A stretch of 12,880 nucleotides of DNA. Source: Candidatus Bathyarchaeia archaeon. GTDB taxonomy: Archaea > Thermoproteota > Bathyarchaeia > TCS64. The DNA lies in assembly GCA_050014495.1 (NCBI GenBank), contig JBEKDF010000053.1:1-12880 (forward strand), written 5' to 3'. This document shows, in pieces, positions 1-7,057 of this stretch; position 1 is the stretch's first letter; every line of letters begins with the position of its first letter. A program made the translations under genes and the position numbers. The notes under the pieces are model-generated. The model saw only the letters and a list, made by a program, of their open reading frames with translations. It did not search any database and was not told where the DNA came from.

Positions 1-132
1 TATGCTGAGGAAAAGCTCATGTGTCAACATATTACAGTTGACGAATTAAACATTTTGGGTAGACTTCAGAGATATTAATTACCATGTCACATGCACGGCG
101 CACGCCACAGAGATCTTGTGCTCGTGTGGTGT

Positions 133-163
133 TTGGGATTGGGTTTGGCCATAGTCTTATCCC
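133..163 (+). repeat. Array repeat, G-rich variant B copy 1 (TTGGGATTGGGTTTGGCC-ATAGTCTTATCCC)
   Basis: Matches 1248-1280 and shares the ATAGYCTTATCC core (151-162) with the main repeat family. Confidence 0.7.
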
Positions 164-233
164 CTAAATATGTGCTCACCAATTAATTGAATCACTAACG
201 AGACGAATCAAACATTCAGGCTAGATAAATAAC

Positions 234-1124
234 CTATCCTGACAACGGAATCACCGGTGAATCTTTACCAATGATCAGCACACCCGGAGGAACATCACCA
301 CGGATAGTCTCCAGCAGGATATTCACATTTTCATTAGAAACGGTAGCCATACCTACGCGAATCCTTCCATCACCCGCGTAGCCAACTGAATACAGGATAA
401 GACCCTTGCCTCGCAGTTCTTCGAGACGCATTGAAATTTTGCATCCCCAAGTCTCGATCAACCATTCCGGAATATTATACACCGACTTGGCGCGATAAGA
501 CCAGATCGTCTCGTTTGTGATCTCAGGCTTACCCTCCCACAGAGCCTTATAAGTGGACTTTACGCCCATTGCATTATCGATCTCGTTAAGAAATTGATCG
601 AGTTTCATGCCTTTATACTGCGGCCAGTAAGGAGCACTAGGTGCAACTGTCCCCGCAACAACTTTGAATCTGCCCCAAGGTCCACTTGACGTGCCATAAG
701 GGGTAGATAATCCGCTGCCCTCACCACCAGTTAGAAATAGAACGAATTCCTCGCCTACTTTCATGAGGGGGTCACCATCGGCCTCCACTCTTGTGCCATA
801 TTCGTCTTTACCAATCTGCTGTACAATCACGTTGAGAATCAGCATTCCATCCCCTGACCCTTTAGCTATTTTGAGGGTTTTGAAACGGAAGTTTTTGTAT
901 GGGATCCCGGTGTTATTACCAAATGATTGGATGGACTCGACTCTGCCATAGATTATTACTTTTGAGGAGTTCACGAGTTCCGGGAAGTTGGAGTAGCCAA
1001 CCCAATCAACTTGAATTTTATCGACTCTTGGTGAGGGGGTAAAAGAGTAGGCTAGGGATGCAAGCAGAGTGATGGCGATTATGATGGTGGTGGTTATCGT
1101 TATTAATTGGGTTAGTTTGGGCAT
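234..1124 (-). CDS. Hypothetical secreted or membrane-anchored protein
   Basis: 296-aa ORF with an N-terminal hydrophobic segment (ITITTTIIIAITLLASLAY) followed by a soluble domain. It lies between the two variant-B repeats. Confidence 0.8.
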   Translation of the reverse strand: MPKLTQLITITTTIIIAITLLASLAYSFTPSPRVDKIQVDWVGYSNFPELVNSSKVIIYGRVESIQSFGNNTGIPYKNFRFKTLKIAKGSGDGMLILNVIVQQIGKDEYGTRVEADGDPLMKVGEEFVLFLTGGEGSGLSTPYGTSSGPWGRFKVVAGTVAPSAPYWPQYKGMKLDQFLNEIDNAMGVKSTYKALWEGKPEITNETIWSYRAKSVYNIPEWLIETWGCKISMRLEELRGKGLILYSVGYAGDGRIRVGMATVSNENVNILLETIRGDVPPGVLIIGKDSPVIPLSG

Positions 1125-1247
1125 AGGCTTTCTCTTCTAGTCATCAAACTAGTGAAGCGAGTGATTAGATTTTTCCTACCGTGTACACGTGCTTTCTATT
1201 ATCGAATATTCTATGCATGCATTCAGAGAGAGTAGGAGGAGATGTAA

Positions 1248-1280
1248 TTGGGTTTGGGTTTGGGGCCATAGCCTTATCCC
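1248..1280 (+). repeat. Array repeat, G-rich variant B copy 2 (TTGGGTTTGGGTTTGGGGCC-ATAGCCTTATCCC)
   Basis: Matches 133-163; core ATAGCCTTATCC at 1268-1279. Confidence 0.7.
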
Positions 1281-1334
1281 ACACACACACTTTCCCTAAC
1301 GAACTCATTTTTTCTATATCTGCACGCATCTTAA

Positions 1335-1384
1335 CTCAATAGCCTTATCCTCCGTTCCACCCCGATTCTTCTCCAGTGATTCTA
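1335..1384 (+). repeat. Main array repeat A copy 1
   Basis: CTCAATAGCCTTATCCTCCGTTCCACCCCGATTCTTCTCCAGTGATTCTA, directly upstream of the TTG-GTC-GAT-GCA-CAG start. Confidence 0.9.
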
Positions 1385-1978
1385 TTGGTCGATGCACAGA
1401 CAGTTGGCGTATTGGTGACTGCGACCAGCGTGACGATAGCAGCGATATACTACGTTCTGAACATCAGGATAAGCCAGAGGAACCAGGAACTCATGCTCAA
1501 GTCTCAGGAGACAAGCGTCAAGACGCAGGAGCTCGCTCTGAAGTCGCAGCAGCAAAACCTTGAGACCCGGCAGGTGCAGCTCTTCATGAGCGTCTACCAG
1601 AGATTCGAGGAACCCGACTTCCAGAACGCGTTCTGGGAACAAATGTCATGGCAGATAAAGGACTACGATGACTACGTCGCCAAATACGGTGAGAAGGCGA
1701 ACCCTGAGGCTTGGAGGAAGTATGCGATGGTGAGTACTTTCTTCGAGGGCTTAGGGGTCCTTGTGAAGAGGGGCTTCATAGATGCTGCGATCGTGGACGA
1801 CCTGATGTCGATGTATATAATTGGCTATTGGCAGAAGTATGAATCCATCAACATTGGGTTGCGGAAGTCGATGAACACCCCCACCGCTGCGGAGTACTTT
1901 GAGTATCTCTATGGTGTGGTTTATGGGATTTGGAGGCAGCAGCATCCGGGGTATGAGAATGTGACCTTGTCTCAATAG
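1385..1978 (+). CDS. Single-TM 'MVDAQT' family protein, paralog 1 (DUF4760-like)
   Basis: Paralog of 10828 and 12050, sharing VDAQTxGVLVTAxSVTxAAxYY, D(Y/F)xD(Y/F)xxKY, G-x4-G-x-I and FEYL. The ORF track starts at GTG 1376, but TTG 1385 aligns with the paralogs' ATG. The stop TAG lies inside the next repeat. Family name is from recall. Confidence 0.85.
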   Translation: MVDAQTVGVLVTATSVTIAAIYYVLNIRISQRNQELMLKSQETSVKTQELALKSQQQNLETRQVQLFMSVYQRFEEPDFQNAFWEQMSWQIKDYDDYVAKYGEKANPEAWRKYAMVSTFFEGLGVLVKRGFIDAAIVDDLMSMYIIGYWQKYESINIGLRKSMNTPTAAEYFEYLYGVVYGIWRQQHPGYENVTLSQ

Positions 1979-2045
1979 CCTTATCCTCACTTCCACCTGA
2001 CTCTTACCAGTGAGATTGTAATGGTTGATTCACAGACGATTGGAG
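1971..2045 (+). repeat. Main array repeat A copy 2, extending into a truncated MVDSQTIG stub
   Basis: CTCAATAGCCTTATCCTCACTTCCACCTGACTCTTACCAGTGAGATTGTA-ATGGTTGATTCACAGACGATTGGAG, then unrelated sequence. Confidence 0.9.
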
Positions 2046-2122
2046 CGCTTTCGTGGTATCAGGTAAGCATATTTTTAATCATTCCTACGAACATCATTGA
2101 AGAGAGTAGATGTCTGGCATAA
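2021..2122 (+). pseudogene. Truncated 5' stub of an MVDAQT-family gene fused to unrelated sequence (MVDSQTIGALSWYQVSIFLIIPTNIIEESRCLA*)
   Basis: The first 8 codons match the paralog N-terminus, and similarity ends abruptly at about 2045. Confidence 0.7.
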
Positions 2123-2525
2123 ATAGAAAGATCAAAGGCTGCGGTTTTCACCACGTCTCCATTAGTATAAAAAACTTGGATAAGACAAGAAAGTTCTACT
2201 CTGAGGGACTTGGCTTTGTTGAGAGATTCTCAGGGGCAAGGAACCAAAGAGGACCATCCTTATAGACACTGGTGATGAAAATTACTTCGAAATCTCTCAA
2301 GGAGATCCCAGTCATTCGTATGGGGAGGGCATTTTTCGTCACATAGCCTTGAGGGTAGATGACTGCAAGATGGCTGTTGAATTAGCGAGGAGTGCAGGGG
2401 CTGAGGTTACTGTGGAGCCTAGGGATGTTACACTATCCAGTGATCCGCTTATTCGGATCCGTATCGCATTCTTTAAGGGTCCTGATGATGAGTTAATCGA
2501 ACTTTTTGAAAACGATCAAACTTGA
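2110..2525 (+). pseudogene. VOC/glyoxalase family protein with a 1-nt frameshift
   Basis: The ATG 2110 frame reads MSGINRKIKGCGFHHVSISIKNLDKTRKFYSEGLGF. A shifted frame from about 2235 reads GKEPKRTILIDTGDENYFEI...HIALRVDD...RIAFFKGPDDELIELFENDQT* (TGA 2523-2525). Inserting one T after 2232 restores F-S-W-G-K. Absent from the ORF track. Confidence 0.85.
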
Positions 2526-2620
2526 TACGCTCTGTCACAATAAGATCCTATGGTATAAACTTCATCTAAAGTAAACATACGCAGAAGGATTGAAGAAGGC
2601 TTCATCAACACAGTTTAACC

Positions 2621-3061
2621 ATGAAGACCATCGAATCGAGAGAACAACCGACACTTATCGCCATAGGCCTCGGACCAGGGGAGAAGCTCCTGGAGTCGAT
2701 AAACGAGGCTATAAAATCCAACGAAATTAGGGACGGGGTCGTCATTTCAGGCATAGGGACGTTGAAGCGCTGCCGCATGCACTACGTTAATACAATGTCT
2801 TTCCCAGCAGAGAACTGCTTCTATGTCGTTGAGGAGCCTCTAGAGATAGGATCAATCAGCGGGATCATAGCTGATTACGCGGCCCACCTTCACATGACTG
2901 TGGGGTGTAGGGATCAGCGGACCTACGCTGGGCACCTCGAGGAGGGCTGTGAAGTTCTTTATCTGGCGGAGGTTCTCGTCATGAAGTTATGTGATATGGG
3001 GCTTGAGAGGCGGATTGATCCGCAGTACGGTGTCTCTCTTTTAAGAGAGCGCGTTCGGTGA
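2621..3061 (+). CDS. PPC/DUF296 domain putative DNA-binding protein
   Basis: Motifs LxPGEKLLESI, SGIGTL, LEIxSISG, HLH, AGHL and LAEV. Confidence 0.9.
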   Translation: MKTIESREQPTLIAIGLGPGEKLLESINEAIKSNEIRDGVVISGIGTLKRCRMHYVNTMSFPAENCFYVVEEPLEIGSISGIIADYAAHLHMTVGCRDQRTYAGHLEEGCEVLYLAEVLVMKLCDMGLERRIDPQYGVSLLRERVR

Positions 3062-3108
3062 ACAAGGGTCACTCTGATCTAATTTGCGTACACGGCGAAA
3101 AAGTCCCC

Positions 3109-3159
3109 TTCAATAGCCTTATCCTCACTTCCACCTGATACTTAACCTGAGAGGATTAT
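3109..3159 (+). repeat. Main array repeat A copy 3 (left boundary of the island)
   Basis: TTCAATAGCCTTATCCTCACTTCCACCTGATACTTAACCTGAGAGGATTAT; similarity stops before the ATG position. Confidence 0.9.
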
Positions 3160-3260
3160 ATAGGGCTGGAAACAGGAATTTCCGAGTGGATTTTTAGGAA
3201 AAAGTTTGAGAACGTGACTGGCAGTTCGTTGCCTCGTTGCATCATAGTTATTAAAATTGT

Positions 3261-4064
3261 ATGTATATGATAATCATGCTTCATGATACTCTCCGACCTC
3301 ACCTTCAAAAACCAAAACCAACAAAAGGGTATAAGACAACGAAACCCTGGAATCCTTTCGTTGGATGTGGGTTTGATTGCACCTACTGCAAGCCGAGTTT
3401 CGGGGCATTGTTAAAGTGGGTTGGGGGAATGCATCATTGTACAAGATGCCAGGAATATTTGCCTCACGAGCACCCAGAGAGGCTGAGCCGAATACCCTCA
3501 GATAAAGCCATTTTCGTCTGCGAGGATGGCGACATCTCATTCGCCAAGCCTGATTATATGGCGAAGGTGTTTCAGGCAATCTCTGATCCTAAATTTGCGG
3601 GTAGGACCTGGTTTGTGCAGAGTAAGAACCCCAAGTGTCTGGAGCAATATTTAGGCCTCATTCCTAGGAATACTTACCTAGTCACAACGCTTGAAACGAA
3701 TAGAGATCAAGGATACGGTGAAATTTCGAAAGCACCCCTACCTTCTGCTCGATTCAAGGACTTTTCCCATCTCGACTGGGAGAAGAAGATTGTAACTGTA
3801 GAACCAGTAATGGATTTTGATCTTGAAGTACTAAGGGATTGGATAGTCTCAATTAGTCCTGCAACTGTCTTCATTGGTTACAATAGTAAACCCGATAAGG
3901 TCTCTATCCCAGAGCCCGATAAAATGAAGCTCCTGTGCTTGATTGATGAGTTGGAGAAACGCGATATCCATGTTTTAACAAAGGAGATGCGGGATTGTAA
4001 ATTCGTTAAAAAGGCGTATAAAGATTTTTTAGAATTAAAAAACTATACTATCGGTAATCTTTAA
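3261..4064 (+). CDS. DUF5131 / phage Gp37-Gp68-like protein with radical-SAM-like CxxxCxxC
   Basis: WNPFVGCGFDCTYC motif, DGDISF, QSKNP, TLETN, VTVEP and FIGY. The true start may be a later ATG (for example 3276). Confidence 0.75.
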   Translation: MYMIIMLHDTLRPHLQKPKPTKGYKTTKPWNPFVGCGFDCTYCKPSFGALLKWVGGMHHCTRCQEYLPHEHPERLSRIPSDKAIFVCEDGDISFAKPDYMAKVFQAISDPKFAGRTWFVQSKNPKCLEQYLGLIPRNTYLVTTLETNRDQGYGEISKAPLPSARFKDFSHLDWEKKIVTVEPVMDFDLEVLRDWIVSISPATVFIGYNSKPDKVSIPEPDKMKLLCLIDELEKRDIHVLTKEMRDCKFVKKAYKDFLELKNYTIGNL

Positions 4065-4120
4065 TTTTTTCTCCAACCGTGCGGTTTATATATAGTTGAT
4101 AGGCAACCACTCCGAGATTT

Positions 4121-4537
4121 ATGATAAAAAAATCTTTAACTAAAAACAAGGCCGCAAGCCTTGAGGCACTATTCTGTGTAAAGGGCGTGGTTGAAACAGA
4201 AACGCTCAAGGACATGAATGATAAGGACATAGATACAATCGTTAATGCAATCAACAAATTTGGGTATGATACAGACGGATACACAATAATAGACGCATTA
4301 ATCTATCAAATGCTGGACAGACAACTGGGGCCGTATGTTTCAAGTCGAGAGCTATTGAAAGACATAACGCCACCACACATGCAGGTGAGACATAACCATA
4401 TACGTTCAGGTTTCACAGGCATGAATGATAGGGATTTACATGAAATAATATATGACACATATTCGTCCCTGTTGGAAAGTTACCATGAAAATCAAGCGAT
4501 CTTTGAAAAGAATAAGGAGTATCGAGTAGGTGATTAA
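4121..4537 (+). CDS. Hypothetical protein
   Basis: 138-aa ORF, first of a run of overlapping or abutting ORFs (4121-5489). Confidence 0.7.
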   Translation: MIKKSLTKNKAASLEALFCVKGVVETETLKDMNDKDIDTIVNAINKFGYDTDGYTIIDALIYQMLDRQLGPYVSSRELLKDITPPHMQVRHNHIRSGFTGMNDRDLHEIIYDTYSSLLESYHENQAIFEKNKEYRVGD

Positions 4538-4934
4538 AATGAAACATAACTTCGATAAAGCGCCGGAGCTAACACCCGATCCAATATTCGTGGCTGTGGG
4601 GAATACCGGATCTAATACAGCGGCGGTTATGAAAAAATATCAAATTCTCAAGAATGATACGAAGTTTGCAGATGAATGGCTCAAATCGTGTGAGATATTC
4701 AACGGCCTACCAAACCGTTGTGGTATTATACAAAATTCATTAGAACATATATCTCCACCCAACGTATTGGGCGCTATAATTGCTTCTATGCTAATATTTC
4801 ATTTGGTGCGATTGGACATATCTGTTGATAGCGTCGGAGAAAAAGATCTTAATAATATAATAAACGATCTACTCGCTAACTGCAAATATGTATACGAAGA
4901 CAGCGGTGATATTCTCTCAAAGGGGTTGGGTTGA
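4530..4934 (+). CDS. Hypothetical protein, paralog of 4931..5260
   Basis: Shares MKKYxILxND..DEW..S and IASxLIFHL with the next ORF; overlaps its neighbours. GGTGA just before ATG 4539 suggests that as an alternative start. Confidence 0.75.
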   Translation: MIKMKHNFDKAPELTPDPIFVAVGNTGSNTAAVMKKYQILKNDTKFADEWLKSCEIFNGLPNRCGIIQNSLEHISPPNVLGAIIASMLIFHLVRLDISVDSVGEKDLNNIINDLLANCKYVYEDSGDILSKGLG

Positions 4935-5260
4935 ATATGGTATTGCGGCCTATTCTGGTTTCACAGGCAGATATGGTGGTTCTAATGAAAAAATACAATA
5001 TTCTTGGTAATGATATGCGCCTAACAGACGAATGGTTCAACTCCAATCAAGAGTTGAATAGCTGTCCGGATTATAATGAAATATATTGCCGTGTTCAAAC
5101 TATCGGATTGGACGAGACACATACTCTGATAGCATCGACACTAATATTTCATTTGAATAAAATGGGTGTAAAAAAAATTCGACAGGCCCATCTTAGAGCA
5201 ATTATTGAAATGCTGATATACAATATGAATTGTAACAAAAAGTTGGACTATGTGACATGA
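4931..5260 (+). CDS. Hypothetical protein, paralog of 4530..4934
   Basis: 4-nt TTGA overlap with the upstream ORF and the shared motifs noted above. Confidence 0.75.
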   Translation: MNMVLRPILVSQADMVVLMKKYNILGNDMRLTDEWFNSNQELNSCPDYNEIYCRVQTIGLDETHTLIASTLIFHLNKMGVKKIRQAHLRAIIEMLIYNMNCNKKLDYVT

Positions 5261-5279
5261 AAATGAACAAGAAGAATTA

Positions 5280-5489
5280 TTGCGTGAAAAAAAACTAAAG
5301 AAAGCCATTATATGGTATGTAAAAGCCTATCCATTTGTGACATCCGAAGAAGAAGAAAACTACCAACATGACATAGATGAGTTGTACAAACTACACGAAA
5401 AAGAGAAAGAGATTGAACGCCTAAAGGTGAAAAGGCTAACACAAAAGAAAACCCGAAAAAGTAATTACCCCTTACCCTATGAGCTTTGA
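5280..5489 (+). CDS. Small basic coiled-coil hypothetical protein
   Basis: 69-aa ORF, co-oriented at the end of the operon-like run, Lys/Glu-rich. Confidence 0.55.
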   Translation: MREKKLKKAIIWYVKAYPFVTSEEEENYQHDIDELYKLHEKEKEIERLKVKRLTQKKTRKSNYPLPYEL

Positions 5490-5502
5490 AAAGTATGCTT
5501 CC

Positions 5503-5551
5503 AGAACCACCCTGCGGCACAGAAACACACAGGTCTATGTTGCAGGGTTCT
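5503..5551 (+). other. Imperfect inverted repeat / hairpin
   Basis: ACCCTGCGGCACAGA (5509-5523), a 10-nt loop and TCTATGTTGCAGGGT (5534-5548) form a 15-position stem with two G.T wobbles and one mismatch. Confidence 0.6.
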
Positions 5552-5782
5552 CTAGTAAAGGAGAAGTGGGAATATATCAGGAATTTAACAATATAAAGTG
5601 TAGTTTATGATAATTAAACAAGATTTCATAAATTGTGGCTTTTTCACGGAAACAAAGGACTATCATTATACTATTAATACCCTGTCATACAAACAATCGC
5701 ATACTCATAAACATAGGTTATATATCGATATATTTATGAGACTTACTATGAATCATAAATTTTGCGTAACATATATTAATTA

Positions 5783-6517
5783 TTGGTTGATATATACCGC
5801 ATAGCAGGTATTGTGTCTTTGAATCATAGAAGTGTAGAGACTTTTCGTTTGGATGTAGGCGGTTGGAATGGCTGGAAGTGGTTTGAAGGAATCTACAGCA
5901 AGTGTGAAAATGTAGAGCAGAAAATGATACTGGTTGGGCTTCTAAAGACAGGCAGCAGGTCAAATGAACTTAACAAATTGACCAGGGATATGGTAGATTT
6001 GGATACTTATAACAATGCCATTTTAATAAAGAACCAACCACTAGAGAAGCAGAAGAAGGCTATTCAGTTAGTGGATAATAATGGCAATTATATGTATGAT
6101 GATAACAGAAGGCTATACAGGTTTGAGCATGTAGATGGTTGGAGAACATACTTATTTCCAAAGAAGGAAAGATACTCCCACTTGTTCACAAGACTAGTTG
6201 AACTTTGTGATGACCCAAAGGAACTGGTGTTTCCCTTTAGTTACAGCCAAATTTATTACAGGATATGCACCATAGGGATGGAATTGCCCGAAGGTGTGCC
6301 CAAGAAGGATTGGGCTTACCATTTGGACAAGGGTTGTGGGCTTTTTCCCCATGAACTTAGGAGTATCCGCGCTTGCCAACTTCTGAGGGATTACCGTTAC
6401 AACAACCAGCAGCTACGCAAATTCTTCGGTTGGGCCGAAGATAGTCCCATGCCCGACCACTACATGGAACTTACACCAGATGACCTAATTCCTTCACCAG
6501 AGTTAATGCCTAAATAG
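5783..6517 (+). CDS. Tyrosine recombinase/integrase (catalytic domain only)
   Basis: Catalytic motifs in order: TGSRSNEL (R), candidate K in EKQKK, PHELR (HxxR), FFGW (W at the H/W position) and DHY (nucleophile Y). Confidence 0.88.
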   Translation: MVDIYRIAGIVSLNHRSVETFRLDVGGWNGWKWFEGIYSKCENVEQKMILVGLLKTGSRSNELNKLTRDMVDLDTYNNAILIKNQPLEKQKKAIQLVDNNGNYMYDDNRRLYRFEHVDGWRTYLFPKKERYSHLFTRLVELCDDPKELVFPFSYSQIYYRICTIGMELPEGVPKKDWAYHLDKGCGLFPHELRSIRACQLLRDYRYNNQQLRKFFGWAEDSPMPDHYMELTPDDLIPSPELMPK

Positions 6518-6643
6518 AGAGTGTGCGCAACAGGCTGAAATGAGTGCGCATGTAGCTAGAGCGTAGCGTGCAACCTTGAGAACCTCCAAATTATTAATTA
6601 AACTAATCAAATTTAACAGATCTATCCAATTGAGCATGAATTT

Positions 6644-6931
6644 CTAGTATTCCCTCCGGAAGTCGTGGTAGACCCCATCCCGAACCTGGCCGATGTAATC
6701 ACCATCCTCGATGACCCATAGAATCTTGTGGCCATCTTTAGCCATCTTCCCCCAGACGGAGTTCTTCTCAGGGTTCTGCTCCAGGAACGTGTAGCCTTCG
6801 ACTATTAGGAACCTCAGGCCCTGCCTGGAGGTGCGCCTCACCTTATGAGTTATGTTCTCAATATTGGCGGTCTTCTGTTCGCTGAAGGTTGCCTCGTATG
6901 CCTTGATCGCTACATCCTCCAGGTTCTTCAA
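6644..6931 (-). CDS. Hypothetical protein
   Basis: 95-aa ORF with a protein-like EQNPxKxSxWxxxAxxG segment and host-like GC-rich codons. Confidence 0.7.
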   Translation of the reverse strand: MKNLEDVAIKAYEATFSEQKTANIENITHKVRRTSRQGLRFLIVEGYTFLEQNPEKNSVWGKMAKDGHKILWVIEDGDYIGQVRDGVYHDFRREY

Positions 6932-7057
6932 AATGCTTCAATGAAAATGATTGATCTTATTTCATAAAACCTCTTGCTTACCCAGTAGTTTCATTCTCCC
7001 GCCCGTCCTCCCGATTTATGCGACTTCGTTTTTATGCGTGACTCGTAGGGCTACCCT

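Noticed and set aside
1..78. Possible 3' end of an upstream CDS (YAEEKLMCQHITVDELNILGRLQRY*)
   Set aside because: It is too short to establish the frame or product from this window.
1280..1290. (CA)n microsatellite, and possible G-quadruplex at 1250-1265
   Set aside because: The microsatellite is too short to imply phase variation, and there are only three G-runs.
1971..2030. Canonical attC-like hairpin in repeat A (CAATAG/CTATNG outer stem, TCACT/AGTGA inner stem)
   Set aside because: There are no RYYYAAC/GTTRRRY ends, the inner stem is broken in the 1335 and 10780 copies, and truncated copies lack the right arm, so the fold is not conserved.
3160..3260. tRNA-derived attachment site at the island edge
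   Set aside because: No cloverleaf or T-arm GGTTCRA motif and no matching repeat at the other end, apart from repeat A.
5607..5804. 65-aa ORF upstream of the recombinase as a frameshifted N-terminal domain
   Set aside because: It is AT-rich with no recognisable domain or slippery site, so it cannot be supported.
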